This document shows, piece after piece, positions 48,811 to 63,183 of a stretch of 64,000 nt of DNA. The stretch spans positions 2,420,001 to 2,484,000 of the forward strand of contig CM075996.1 in NCBI GenBank assembly GCA_038087875.1. The letters run 5' to 3'. The stretch is from Malacoraja senta (Eukaryota). Made by a program: the position numbers and the translations under genes. Numbering within the stretch: the first letter of the stretch is position 1; each line of letters starts with the position of its first letter. A model generated the notes under the pieces. That model was not told the DNA's origin, ran no database searches, and was given only the letters and a program-made list of their open reading frames with translations.

Positions 48811-49640
48811 GTCAGGAACTAGAGGACACAGGTTTATGTTGAGAGGAGAAAGGTTTAAGAGACCATTAACTGGAGACCATAGGTTTTCGGTGGGGGGGGG
48901 GGGTTTAATGTGAGATGAGAAAGATTTAATGTGAGATGAGAAAGATTTAAGGGATCGGGAACTAGAGGCCACGGGTTAAAGGTGAGAGGAGGAAGATCTA
49001 AGGGATCAGGGACTAGAGCATGTAGGTTAAAGTTGAGAGAAGTAAGGCATAAGGGATCAGGAACTAGAGGCCATAGGTTTAAGGTGAGAGGGGAAAGACA
49101 GTGGGTTAGGAACTAGAGGCCATAGGTTTAAAATGAATGAGAAACCAAGAACCAAGGAAAGGTTTACGGTGAGAGGGGGAAGGTTTAAGGGATCGGGAAC
49201 TAGAGGTCGTAGGTTTAAAGTGAAAGGGGAAAGGTTTAACTAGGGATCAGGAACTAGAACCATGGGTTTCAGATGAGAGGAGAAAGGCTTAAGGCATCAG
49301 AAATTAGAGGCTGTAATTTTAAGTTAAGAGCAGAGAGGTTTAAAGGATCAGAAACTAGAGGCCATTGGTTTAATGTGAGAGGCGGAAGATTTAATAGGAA
49401 CCCAAAGGGCAATTTTTTCACACACATATGTATGACAAAGTATATATGTACATATTTATTTATGTGGGTATGAGGAACAAGCTGCCAGAGGAAGTAGTTG
49501 AAGCACATGCCGTAACAACATTTGCAAGACACTTGGACAAGTTTGGAGGGATATAGATCAATTGCATGCAAATTGGACTAGCGTAGATGGTTGGCATAGG
49601 TGAGTTGGGCCGAAGGGCCTGATTTTGTCCTCTATGACTC
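48811..49640 (+). mobile_element. CR1-type LINE 3' end with a tandemly amplified ~45-50-bp segment
   Basis: Repeated GGGATCAGGAACTAGAGGCCATAGGTTTAAGGTGAGAGG; ORF piece RGHWFNVRGGRFNRNPKGNFFT; tail GGGCCGAAGGGCCTG. Confidence 0.85.
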
Positions 49641-51828
49641 AGCTCTTCCATCTTAACTCTAAATACAGATGGCAGATCTGGTCTATAGTTGTGATAGTAA
49701 TATAAGTATGATATAAAAGTAATTTATTGCAGTGTTTATTTATGCCTTGATTCAGTTTACTATGGAAACAGGCCCTTCAGCCCACTGAGTCCACACTGAC
49801 TATTGATCACCCGTTCACATTAGTTCTATGTCATCATACTTTCTCATCCATTCCCTACACACTAGGGGCAATTTGACAGAGGCCAATTAACCAACAAATC
49901 TGCTTGTCTTTGGGATGTGGGGGGAAACCGGAGCACCCGGAGGATACCCAAGCCCCACACAATCGGGACCCGAGGACAGAATCAAACTCGGGTCTCTGGC
50001 GCTGTGAGGCAGCAGGTTTACTTGAATGGAAAAGCTGCTGCCTCACAATAAGATGCTATAAATATATAGATACACAGACAGTGTGAATGAAACTGTAGAA
50101 ATGTAAATAAAATTGCTAGACTGAATCAAATATTGCTAGGTTTCACACAATTTGGGCACAGAAACAGGACCTTTGGACTACTTATCCATGCCCCATCTCA
50201 GTCTCATAGGTTTAAAGTGAAAGAGGAAAGGTTTATGGTGAGAGGCGAAAGGTGTAAGGGATCGGGAACTAGAAGCCACAGGTTTAAAGTGAAAGAGGAA
50301 AAGTTTTAAGGGATCAGGAACTAGAACCATGGGTTTCTAGTCCCATTTGCTCACTTTGGGAAGCTGTCAGGGTTGGAAAAGTTGCTGTAAAATTGCTCGT
50401 ACTTTAGAAGTAACTTGAAGGAAGTTGTAACACTGCCCTACACAAACGTAGGTGTCTGCTGTTGGTTTGATCTCAAGGCTATTCTGCTGGTGAGAAGGGA
50501 GAGGACAAGATTTGAATTTGCGTAGCATCTTTCGCCTCTCCGTAAGGGAAATCCAAATTGTGTTACAGCAAATGAAGTGTTGAAATGCAGCCACTTTGAG
50601 ACAGGAGATGCAACAGTCAGCTGTGTACCGCAAGCTGCCTCTGATACCATGTGAGAAGAATGACTGAAATAAAACAGCATCTCCGCCAGCATCTGTGGAG
50701 GGAAAAGCGGTCCATGTTTCAGGTCAATGCTCTCAATGGGAGGTCGTCAACCTGAATCTGTAATTCCTTTCCCCTTGCTGTTCTTTCTTCAAATTTCCAA
50801 CATTTATTTTATTTATGTCAGATTTTCAACATCTGTAAACTTTTACTTTTATGATAATTAGATTATCTGTTGTGATGATTGGGTGATTAAACTATTGACG
50901 AGTGGTTGTGGTAAGTGCAGATAGGCACAAAAAGCTGGAGTAACTCAGTGGGTCAGGCAGCATCTCTGGAGAGAAGGAATAGGTAACGCTTCGGGTCAAG
51001 ACCCTTCTTCAGACTGTCACGGCTCAAGGAGAACAATCAGTTGAGGTTCTGGGTCTAATGCGCGTTAGAGTTGGATCGTGGGGGTCAGACTTTGATGCCA
51101 ACTATGTCCTACTCGAAGCAAAGGGAGATTTGAGAGAGGTGTAAAACTGGCAAGTCTTTTAAATGTGGACTGTTCCCATGAGCAAGCCGGGCAAGGATTG
51201 GGCGTAGAACTGAGTCTTTGGACAACATATATAGGTGGATGTGGGAAAGAACTTTCTTATTCTTTGAGTAGTGATAGTGTGGAACTGGTACCTATGAAAA
51301 TGGTAGAAGGCAGATAGGCGTTGATCCAGTTTTTCTGGCTACTTTCTGGGTGAAGATACTAAAGCTTGAAAGCCCAGGCTCAAGAACAACTTCTTCCCCA
51401 CTGTTATCAGACTCCTGAACCAATCTCCTCTTTCACACTCTTACCCTTAATTCTACCTCATTCGGTAATTCTGTTTAAGCAGGGGTTTATTTTGCACAAC
51501 TTCAGATTGCACGACAATCTTTGTCCTGTTTTGAACTTGTCCAAGTTATTGTTACATTATTGTGTATACTCTGTACTGTATGCGCTTTATGTGAACAAAG
51601 AATTTCATTGCACCCTGGTATATATGATAAACTAATCTTAATCTGAAAACCAAATTGAGTTCTGAGTTCAGAAAAATAAACTTGCAGGGATGAAGGGACA
51701 ACACATGGGAATTTTTGCGAATTGTTCTACAACGGGCTTGTGTAACACCATGTGCCAAATGGTCTCGGAGCCATTATGATTCTTCGGTAGCCTGACCTCC
51801 TTGTTCAGGTAAAATTTAATACGGTATG

Positions 51829-52450
51829 TTTAGTTTAGTTTATTGTTGTCATGTAGACCAAGTTTCAGCGAAAATATTTTTGTGTGCTCTGCAGTCAGTG
51901 GAAGACTATACCAGATTACAATCAAGCCATCTACAGTGTACAGATGCAGGATAAAGGGAATAACGTTTAGTGCAAGCTGAAGTCCGATTAAAAATAGTCT
52001 CAGATTCTCCAAGGAGGTAGATGGGAGGTCAGAATCACAATCTAGTTGGTGATACGATGGTTCAGTTGCTTGATGACAGCTGGGAAGAAACTGTCCCTGA
52101 ATCTGGAAGGTATGCGTTTTTACACTTCTGTACCTCTTGCCTGATGGAAGAGGGGCGAAAAGGGAGTGACTGGGGTGAGACTGGTCCTTGATTATGGTGC
52201 TGGCCCTGCCAAGGCGGCATCATGTAGATGGAGTCAATGGAAGGGAGGTTGTTTTGCGTGATGGTCTGAGTTACATCCAGAACAATCTGCAACTTGTGGT
52301 CTTGGATGGAACTGTCCCTGAACCATGCTCTGAAGTTGGAGAGAGTAAACAAGGACATGCTGAACTTCCTAAGCCTTCTAAGAAAGTAGAGGCGTTGGTG
52401 TGCTTTCTTGGCCATTGCTTGGATATGGCTGGTCCAGGACAAGTTGCTTC
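51829..52450 (-). mobile_element. Rex1/Babar-type LINE 3' remnant
   Basis: SWTSHIQAMAKKAHQRLYFLRRLRKFSMS; (CTAAA)n tail; same tail at 11688-11950(+). Confidence 0.78.
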
Positions 52451-55281
52451 TAAGAACTCGTAGCTATCTATTACATCTGTGGAGAGAGAAGCTGATTTAA
52501 CAATACTAGTCACTTACCTTTGGAAAATTCAGATGAAAGCTCACTAACTTGAAAAGTTGACATCCGTGTCTCTGTCCACAGATGCTGCCTGGCCTTTCCA
52601 ACCCTTCCAGAGTTTTCTGTTTTTACTTCTGATTTCTAACATCTGCATTGTCTTTCTTTTTGATGTGGCCACTACTTAAGTGTGTGGACATAAGCGGATA
52701 ATTATTTGGATGAGCTAGGAGAGACGACTGGAGTCTGAGGTGCTGAGATTTAAAAAAAAAACATGTTAGTCTGAAGGTCTGAAATTAGAGTTTAAAATGC
52801 TAGAAATATTCAACAGGTCAGAAACATTTATGGAGTTTCAGGTTTATCTTCTTCAATGATTCTGGTCAAAGGTGATGTAGTTTAAACTTTCAATCTATCT
52901 CTCTCCACAAATGCCTTTTGACCTGAATGTTGCAGACATTTACTGTTTTATTTCTGTGGAGTTGCACTGAGGGAGAAGTTGGTTTATTTATGGGGGAACT
53001 AAACATATGAAAAATTAGTACTGCCCTCGAGTCCTTCAAAGCTCTAGTATGTAATACATCAAGTTGCATTTTCGATAACCTGTTGTGTCGCTGTTCATTC
53101 CAGACACTTATCAATGAGTCCAAAAGATTTTCCTTGTATTCATTCAGTCGCGATAAAAGTAGTTCACAGAATCTGTGCGGTTATTTACAAATGCATAGAT
53201 TTTTAAAGTACACATTTCTTGAGTGCTCGGACTGTGTTTAATGAAATGGAATCTGTCTTCTTTCAAACGTCAGTATTACGAGGAATAACAGCAAAGCTGA
53301 GTGCTATTGCAGCTTTGCATATGTTACATGTTCTCTTTTAACATCCAGAATCCAGTGATCTCTACTGGCAAGTTTCCAGCTTGTGCAAGAAATAGGTTCA
53401 ACATTCACAATAATAAAACTCAACTCATTTCTTCAGCAAGGCCCTGAATCTAGAGAGAATGGGACACATTTGAACCCTCAGTGCTTTTATCTAGTGAGGT
53501 GCTTGAATCATCAAAAAATTAATCAGACTGAGGTGGACTCAATTAATATGTTAAGTCGTGGACTTTCTCTGGCCAGTTGATGGTATAAGACTTGTTTCTT
53601 TAGCCGATTGAAAGGTAATAGAGCTTAAGGAACTGGAGGATAATTGGGTGTATATATAGATAATTCTTTATCAGGTAATGGCGAGAAAATGTCTGAAAAG
53701 AAGTGGATAAGCACACTTGAGAGGGAGAAGAAAAGGTATAATACAAAGTAATGTGAAGGTTTTGAAATGATGGAAGTTTATTTGGATATGAATGAATATG
53801 AAGCATTTCAGACTGTGTCCTTCTCACTTTGTGCTCCACATAAAGAATTTGATGTTAAAAGCAGGTGACATGTAAAGTTAGTTCTGGGCCCTGGGCCAGG
53901 AAGACATATTACTTGACCATTGGCAACTGTAGAAATTTGTGGTATAGTATTTCTTAACTTTCATGTGTATCTTTTTAACGTTGATCCAATAGAGGGAAAT
54001 ATTAGACATTCCAGCACCAGGAGCTGCCCACACAGGGAGTGCTGCATTGTCAGGGTGCATCACTTCAGCTCAATATGAATCCCCATCATATTTTACTATT
54101 TGATGTTACACCTGCCGTCAGAGTTTGGGTGCTTAATTAATAAGAGTGTGTGAACTACGTCCAGAGGACATAGGTTTAAGGTGACGGGGAAAAGTTATAA
54201 TAGGAATCTGATGAGTAACCTTTTCACGCAAAGGCTGGTGGGTGTATGGAACGAGCTGCCAGAGGAGGTAGTTGAGGCAGGGACTATCCCAACGTTTAAG
54301 AAACAGTTAAACAAGTACATGAATAGGACAGGTTTGGAGGGATATGGACCAAACACGGGCAGGTGGGACTAGTGTAGCTGAAGAGGCTGTTTTCACGCTG
54401 TATCACTCTATGTCTCTAAAACTGATCATTCACTCTTTTGCAATTGATGGGATGTTACCGCTGACTTTATCTTGTGTGAAACCTAGAAGACTTGATTGTC
54501 TAGATATTCTATTAGCATTGCTACAGTTTTATTAATTGTAAAGAATATGTTGATGACCCGTGACATATTTGCCTGGTTTTGCTGGAAAGATTCAAATCTG
54601 TATTGGTCAGCAAGGGTCAGTGGATGGTAAAATGTAGAAACAAAGAACTGCAGATGTGAATTAATACACACAAGGACACACAGTGCTGGAATAGACAAAT
54701 AAATGCTGGAGAAACTCAGCGGGTGAGGCAGCTTCTAAGGAGAGAAGGAATAGGCGACGTTTTGGGTCTCGACCCGAAACATCACCTATTCCTTCTCTCC
54801 ATAGATGCTGCCTCACCCGCTGAGTTTCTCCAGCATTTTTTGTCTACCTTCAATTTTTCCAGCATCTGCAGTTCTTTCTTAAACACCGTGCTGGAGTAAA
54901 TCAGCAGCATCTCTGGAGTACTCGGCTCGTCAGGCCAGAGATGCTGCCTGACCTGCTGAGTTACTCCAGTGCCGTGTGACACGGGGTGGGAAAGTGTGTT
55001 GCTTGGTTCAACTGTGATGGGAATCTTGCATAAATATATTTAAGATGCTCTGTATTCTTTAAGAAATAGGAGAATATGAAATAAAAATAACTTTTCAGGT
55101 CTGCTGGGCTTTTATTAGATGCGGGGAAGGAAATGCAGTTATTGATGATGGGCCAGGTTGTTTCAAATCAAGCGTTTCATTGGTAAGTGATTGTGAGAAG
55201 AAAATATGGTTTTATTAAAAGAATGGTTCGGCCTAAATGACTATTTAAAGTTCAAATTCCTATCTTTAGATTGAAATAGAG

Positions 55282-55577
55282 CCAGGGGCCACAGTTTAAG
55301 AATAAGGAGTAAGCCATTTAGAATGGAGACAAGGAAACACTTTTTCTCACAGAGAGTGGTGAGTCTGGAATTCTCTGCCTCAGAGGGCGGTGGAGGCAGG
55401 TTCTCTGGATGCATTCAAGAGAGAGCTAGATAGGCTCTTAAAAATAGCGGAGTCAGGAGATATGGGGAGAAGGCAGGAACGGGGTACTGGGGATGATCAG
55501 CCATGATCACATTGAATGGCGGTGCTGGCTCGAAGGGCCAAATGGCCTACTCCTGCACCTATTGTCTATTGTCTATT
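55282..55577 (+). mobile_element. CR1 3' fragment
   Basis: Matches the 21170 copy, including the TATTGTC tail. Confidence 0.85.
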
Positions 55578-56126
55578 GAAATATAAAAAATACCCGTCTT
55601 AATATGTGCTTCTAAGTCCAGGAGTCTTGACTATTCCAGGGACTTGCATTGGATCACCAATAATTAGATTCCAACACCAATTTTAATAGCCTCTGCAAAT
55701 CGTGTGTATTAGCACAACGCAGCTTTTGAGAAAAATGTTCTTCCTGCAGTATTACATTGGTCCGATTTACTAAGAAAAGATTTTAACAAAATAAAGTTCT
55801 ATTTTATGTGGCAGAATTTCATTATGTGGTGGTTAGCTGTGTGTTTATGGTCTGATGGTGTGTTTGGAATTCTTGTGCTCGCTTGATGTAACAGGTAAAG
55901 GGTATCCAGGTCTTCTGCCGAAGACAATATTCAGGAAGCTGAACCTGAGTCTGAACAGCTCAGACCAAGAGAAACTCTTGCTGACTATCTGTGTACAAAA
56001 TGCAGATCTAGGTATCCAAAGGGCTTAATTGAGTTTGATTGCGATGCCGTGTAGCTGTATACTATGCTGTCCCATCTGAACAGATAAATATGAAATGAAT
56101 GGCCATTTGAACAATTGTAAGGAGTG

Positions 56127-56463
56127 GGACGGTGGCGCAGCGGTAGAGTTGCTACCTTGCAGCGCCAGAGACCCGGGTTCAATCCTGACTACGGGTGCTG
56201 TCTGTACGGAGTTTGTATGTCCTCCCCGTGACCTGTGTGGGTTTTCTCTGAGTTCTTTGGTTTCCTCCCACACTCCAAAGACGTACAGGTTTGTAGGTTA
56301 ATTGGCTTGGGTTTGTATACTTGGTATAAGTGTAAATTGTCCCTAATGTGTGTGTGTGTGTGTAGGCTTGTGTTAATGTGCAGTGCTTGTGTTAATCGTT
56401 AGTCAGTGCAGACTCGGCGGGCCGAAGGGCCTGTTTCCGTGCTGTATCAATAAACTAAACTAA
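56127..56463 (+). mobile_element. V-SINE (HE1-like), full length
   Basis: GGTGGCGCAGCGG head, core, tail and CTAAA repeats. Confidence 0.87.
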
Positions 56464-58475
56464 GCTTACTTCTGAAGAAGGGTCTCGAGCCGAAACGTCA
56501 CCCATTCGTTCTCTCCAGAGATGCTGCCGATCCTGCTGAGTTACTCCAGCATTTTGTGTCTTATCTAATCTCACATGGAACCTCAACCCACCATGTTTCT
56601 GCATCCTCTTGTTGTGGGAAGCTGGATGCATTGTACGTTATCACCCTCTCATTTATTGCATAGTAACTTCCTTGAACTAAGATGTATTGCTGCAGTTTGA
56701 CTAATTTGCAGTGTTCCAATTTTAGCTACACAGGTTATAAACGTGTACCATTTCTACAGACGTCCATAAGTCCATATTGGAAAATACATTAAAAAATCTC
56801 TATGCTAACAATATCGCCACAGTATTGTAATAAATAGCATCAAAAGTACACATAGATAAGAATGAATGAATAATTACTTAAAGTGGAGAGAGGAAGTTAG
56901 TTCTGCAATTTGTAGGATCAAACGTGTATGTCCGTTGGATATTTGAATTTAATAATACTGTGTATCCTTTTTATATTTAGACATGTCAGGAGTTAGCGTA
57001 ATATTATTCTGAACTGTAAGGTATACATATCTTGCCTTTCTCCCTCTGCACCTCAGGCAAGTGCCTCGTACAGTTATATAACCTACTATAATTGTTACCT
57101 GACAACATCTTTTCGGAAAAGGTTAACCCTTCTAAGCTCATTTGAAATGATGTCAACTCCACCTGATGTATCTAGGTTACCTTTAATTCCTCTTCTGAAT
57201 GTCTACCGGATCTGTTTACATATCTCAGTAATACAAAGAAAAATGCTGGAAATCTGACATAAAAACACAGTAACTGGAATGCTAAGTAGGTCAACATCTG
57301 TGGGTGGAGAAACATGGAGAACATGTCAAGTTTACATGTCTGAGATTTCTTATACGTTTGTGTGTGTGTTTGTTCATGTATTGCATATTATTTTGCCCCG
57401 CCCTCCCGAGTTCTGATATTAGGATCTCATCTATAGTTTTTCTTTAGTTTTTGCACTTGCTTGTGCAGAAGTAATTTATACTTGCTGTGCCTCATGACAG
57501 TCTAGCCAACATTAGGAGCTCAGCGCACCGTGGGATTTTCAAGGTGTCTGTATTTGGCACTTCTGGAAGAAAATATATTCAATTTTAGTCAGTACTGGAA
57601 ATAAGTTTGCTCAAGAAATAAATTGGAAGTTCTGTAGGTGATGGATGTGTCTAAAACTGTGTTCCCGTAGTGATGATAGACATATAATGCTGGAGTAGGT
57701 CGGCAGGACAGGCAGCATCTCTAGAGAGAAGGATTGAGTGACGTTTCGGGTTGAAACCCTACTTCTCGACCTGAAATGTCACCCATTCCTTCTCTCCAGA
57801 GATGCTGCCGGTCCCGCTGAGTTACTCTAACATTTTGTGTCTATCTTCGGTTTAAACCAGCATCTGCAGTTCACATTCCCTTAGTGATGGTTAATCAAGT
57901 TGATTTTAATCAGTTTGATTTTCTTTTGAGTTAAAATGATCCCTTATTGTTTGGGTAGCTTAACGAGCCTCTGTGTCAAGAAAAACAAAATCTAAATGTC
58001 ATTAACCTGGAAAGGGAGTAGAAAAGATTCACCAGGACTCGAGGGCTTGAATTATGATGGAATTTTTTTTTCCTCTGGAGCATAGGCTGAAGAGTGACCT
58101 TGTAGAGGTATAGAAAATCATGAGAGGCCTAGATAAGGTGAATAGTCGGTCTTTTTCCATGGGGTGGGAAACCAGAACTAAAGGGCATGGGTTTAAGGCG
58201 AGAGGGGAAAGATTTAAAAGACAAAAGTGCTGGAGAAACTGGAGATTCTCCAGCATTTTTGTCTACCTTTGATTTTCCAGCATCTGCAGTTCCTTCTTAA
58301 AGATTTAAAAGAGTTCAGAGGAGAAGTTCTTCACAGGGTGGTGGGTATATGGAATGTGTCGTAGAGATGGGTGCAAAGGTGATTTAGACAGTTTATGGAT
58401 AGGAAAGTCTTAGCGGTTACGTGGGCAAATGGGACCTGCAGAGAGCGGTGAAGACAGCCCAGTCCGTCACAGATT

Positions 58476-58822
58476 GACAATAGGTGCAGGAGTAGGCCAT
58501 TCGGCCCTTCGAGCCAGCACCGCCATTCAATGTGATCATGGGTGATCATCCACAATCAGTACCCCGTTCCTGCCTTCTCCCCATATCCCCTGACTCCGCT
58601 ATTTTTAAGAGCCCTATCTAGCTCTCTCTTGAAAGTATCCAGAGAACCTGCCTCCACCGCCCTCTGAGGCAGAGAATTCCACAGACTCACAATTCTCTGT
58701 GTGAATAAATGTTTCCTTATCTCCGTTCTAAATAGCTTACCCCATATTCTTAAACTGGCCTCTGGTTCTGGACTCCCCCAACATCGGGAACATGTTTCCT
58801 GCCTCTAGCGTGTCCAAACCCT
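58476..58822 (-). mobile_element. CR1 3' fragment inserted in an older plus-strand CR1 remnant (about 58040-58430)
   Basis: Reverse complement of the same 3' UTR and ORF2 end. Confidence 0.82.
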
Positions 58823-60014
58823 TGGCCACTTGCTTCTATCTAGTCTATCTTCACGGTGCATCGCATCAGCAAGGCTGGAGGATGCTGCTACCCTGGCCAT
58901 GCTTCCTTCCTTCCACCTTCTGGAGTTTAAAAGCATGTCTGTCCAGGCTCAAGAATAGCTTCTTCCCCACTGCTCTCAAACACTTTCTCACTCGCTTCTC
59001 AGAGGCTCTGGCAAATGCTCTACACTAACTCTACCTCATTCTGCTATCCTATTGTTGTACTTTAGTATTTTTTGCACAACTTGCATTACAAACTTGCACC
59101 TTTCTGCTGTTTTGCACTCGTATTCATTGTGTTAGTACTGTTTATGCTGTCAGATTCCCTAATCTGAATGTAACTTTCTTATAAAACCTTGTTGGCTTGG
59201 ATGAGTTGGGCCGAAGGGCGTGCGTCTGTGCTGTCTGACTCTGTTACTCTCTAGAATGTTTTTTACTCCTAATTGTTGTTTAGCCAGAATATTTTGGCAC
59301 TGGCTGGGCGATGTGCTTGACTGCCACTTACTGTCGAGGCCTCTGCATGAGGAATGTCAGATTCAATGAAGTGACTAGGTGACTGCACTTGGGCAGGCTT
59401 CAATAATTGCAGGGCAGAGATAGTGCTGAAATAAATTTCCCACATCAGCTTCTCGGGATAGCCTATGGAAACTTTCTCTGTCCCCCCCCCCTCCCCCTCC
59501 CTCCATGTTTTATTTGTGAAATGTTACCAAAAAACCCTTGGTAACCATGTAATCACACACTTGCAGCATCCACTCTATCTAAAGTAGAATGTTCTTGGCA
59601 CAGTGCACTCCTCTTCCATGGCACTTTGCCAAACTTGGTAACTATGTAGTGTATGCGGGATGTTGCCTGATCTGTTCAGGTATTTCGGTCTAATTTCTCC
59701 AAGCTGGGAGTGCTGCGTGAGTAATTTTGGAATAAAAGCACGAATTACCAGGTTATTAAGTTCTTTCTGCCATGATAAATAACATCATAGTTGAACATTA
59801 ATGCTGAGGCCACTTTTCTGTATTGTCATAATTGTTAGATACTTGAGCAAAATACAAAGTGCTGGAGTAACCCAGTGGACCAGGCAACTTTGATTGAAAG
59901 ATACACCACCATCAACCCGCCAAGTCCATACCGACCTTCGTTCACCCGTTCACACTATTTCTATGTTATTCCACTTTAGCATCCACTCCATATACACTGG
60001 GTACAATTTCACAG

Positions 60015-60330
60015 GGCTGCCACGGTGGCTGAGCAATAGAGTTGCTGCCTTACAGCGCTTGCAGCATCGGAGACACGGGTTCGATCCCGACTACGGGTGC
60101 TGTCTGTCCGGAGTTTGTACGTTCTCCCCGTGACTGCATGGATTTTCTCCGAGATCTTCGTTCCTCCCACACTTCAAAGGCGTACAGGTTGATAGGTTAA
60201 TTGGCTTGGTGTATGTGTAAATTGTCCGTAGTGTGTGTAGAATAGTGTTAGTGTGCGGGGGTCGCTGGGCAGTGCCGACCCGGTGGGCCAAAGGGCCTGT
60301 TTCCGCGCTGTATCTCTAAACTAAACTAAA
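60015..60330 (+). mobile_element. V-SINE nested in an oppositely oriented older SINE
   Basis: Head, core and tail; flanks near 59915-60012 and 60330-60355 resemble a minus-strand copy. Confidence 0.8.
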
Positions 60331-63062
60331 CCTACAAACCAGTATGTCTTCGGGACGTGTAGTAAGGAACTGCAGGTGCTAGTTTTGCACCGAAGATCGA
60401 CACAAATTACTGGAGTAACTCAGTGGGTCGGGCAGCATCTTTGGAGAAAAGAAATAGGATTTTTGTTTTTCTCCAGAGATGCTGCCGAACATCTTTGGGA
60501 TGTGGAAGGAAACCAGAGCACCCAGAAGAAATCCACACGGTCACAGGGAGAACGTGCAAACTACACACAGACAGCACCCGAGGTCAGGGTCGAACCCAGG
60601 TCTTTGGCAGTGTAAGGCAACAGTTCTACCAGCTGCGCCACTGTCATCCCCTTCTGCCACATGGAGAAAGTGGACAGCTGATGTTTCTGGCTGGAGCCCT
60701 ACTTCAGACTGATAATAGTGGAGGGGGGGGGGGTGTGGTATGTGGGGTGGTGGGGAAATGGGGCAAAAGCAGGAAGTGTTTTTTTAGCTACTTGGATGTT
60801 GAGGGGATCAATCAAGTTGCCTTGAATCTGCTTGGTGACAGCCTCAGTGCCTTTCCTGGGAAGAATATTTCAATGATCGCTACACTCCGCGGAAAGGATT
60901 TTCCCTCCATCTAAATAAAGGCTGACCTCTTATTGTGCAACTGCAACTTCTGGTTCTGGACACCGCAGGCAGGGGAAACGTCATCTTTGCTTTCATTCTG
61001 GCAATAATTATGTTGCTTCAATGTGATCATATTCTTCAGAACTGAAGAATATGATGCAAGTCTGCTCAATTTTCCTTCACGGGTCAATTCTCCCATTCTA
61101 GGCATTGATCTTTCTTGCATCTGTCTCAAGTAGAACCGGGTGGGCACGTAGTTACAGAATTATAATTTTGTTAAATTCACGAATGACTTATCAATGAGCC
61201 AAGTAGGTCAGAAGAATGATGCAGCATAGAGTTGCAAATGAAATCAGATTAGTTATTGAACTGAACACTGCACAATGCTTAGAAGTGCAGATAGATGGAA
61301 AGAATATAGGCCGTGCATATAAAAAAATCAAACTAATTAGAGGACCTTTACCGGGCGGGTGACGTCTTGCAGCTACAGTGTGATGGAAGTGAGAATTGAT
61401 GTAAAGCAATGAAATCCATATGACCATACCGGCAGTAAACATCTGAACATTGAAGGGGAAAATGGACACAAAGTGCTGGAGTAACTCAGCGGGTCAGGCA
61501 GCATCCCTGGAGAACATGGATAGGTGACTCGTTGGTTCGGCACCCTTCTTCAGACTGATTGTGTGGGGGGAAGAAAGGTGGAAGAGAGCAGGGGCAGGAC
61601 AAAGCATGGCAGGTGTTTTTCTTGATAGGCAGATGGTTGGATAAAGATATGATATTTTTTTAAACAGGTGTGAGACAAAATAATTGAAGAGTTGCGAATT
61701 GTGAAGCCTGAGGGTGAAACACAGTTGGATGGGGGGGGGGGGGGGGGGGGTGTTGGAGAAGTGGGAAGTGTGGTGGGAGAGAAAGGAGAGGTGGGTTGTT
61801 AGAGGCATATTGTGGAACACTGTAGCTCATAGTTGAGTAGCTTGAGTCTCAGATTGGAAACTGAGCTGGGAGTGTGCAGTTGTCTGGATGCTTTGTTACA
61901 GACTGGTCAGTCAAGAGGGGCCAGAGTGTGACTATGAGGCCTGTAGGAGGGTTTGGAAATGGTATTGGAGTAGCCTCGGCCCTCATACCTGCCCTGCAGG
62001 TACACGTCCTTGCAATCTGAGTGGATGAGAGCGGAACCTGAGGGAGCATGAACATTGTCATCACACCTTTGTGGTAAATGAAGTCATTTATATTGGGGAG
62101 TAACAAGATGGTCAGACAATCTTGTTCTCTACAGCTACACTGATAAAATCCCCAGGAATGCAAGGCTTGTCCAGCGCCAGAGTTAAGGGCAGCTTTTTGA
62201 GACTGTATCAGAGGGAGGAGTGAAAGACCCAGTTGTCCACTTGTGAAACGGCAACACAGGTAGAAGAAAGGCAGAGTAAAAGCAGCTATGGTTTAAATAA
62301 AAAAACAGAACTGTATTGGATTGAGCATGAGCCGCACCAAACTGGCTCAGGGTGAAGAACAGCCAGGGTGTGAAAGTGTGCCTCAAAGATTGGCCTGGGG
62401 GAAGAAAAGCTGTAGATTCAGAAACCAGAAATGAAAACACCAAATACCTGAAGGTAGATAAAAATGCTGGTGAAACTCAGCGGGTGAGGCAGCATCAATG
62501 GAGCGAAGGAATAAGTGACGTTTCGGGTCTGAAGAAGGGTCTCGAAACATCATCTATTCCTTCGCTCCATTGATGCTGCCTCACCCGCTGAGTTTGTCCA
62601 GCATTTTTATCTACCTTCGATCTTTCCAGCATCTGCAGTTCCTTCTTAACCAAATGCCTGAAATACTCAGCAGGTCCGATGACCGATTATCAACCTTAAA
62701 ATTTAACTCCATCTCAAATGCTTCCTGAGCTGAATAATTTCAGCATTTTCCATTTATATTTTTGCTGTGCTGGGGACTCCAGTGCTGGAAAAGGGCTGTT
62801 CCATTGGGGTGGGCTTTGTGTGTCAGGGTTGGGGGGGGGGGGGGGTAGTGTCTTAGCGAAATGAATGATTGTGGCTGTGGATAAAAGTTTTAAATGGGAA
62901 GTGGTAAAGGGTTATCTCAATGGGAAATTAGAAAATTAAAAAGAAGGCGTATAAGTTAGCAAAGTGGAAATTGGTAACTAAAGTATTTTGGCAAAGGGCA
63001 CCAGGGATAAATAGTAAAGAGGCAAAACATGATTTTTTTTTTTTTCAAATGCATGTGGCGTT

Positions 63063-63183
63063 CTTCCTCTTCTTGCGTATGGCGTGCACAGCCTAAAGTT
63101 GTAGGACAACTTGTTCGATTTGATCTTATTTGATTGTGCACACCGGGTTGATTGCATTCGTCGAAAGTTGCAATCTCCCACCC
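63063..63183 (-). mobile_element. Short retroposon with (GAA)n-like tail, possibly RTE-dependent
   Basis: Flanking duplication CATGTGGCGTT/CATGTGGCATT; GAAGAGGAAGAA tail on the minus strand. Confidence 0.55.

Noticed and set aside
55895..56010. Exon-like stretch with open frames (e.g. SSAEDNIQEAEPESEQLRPRETLADYLCTKC)
   Set aside because: Ambiguous splice signals and no recognisable protein.
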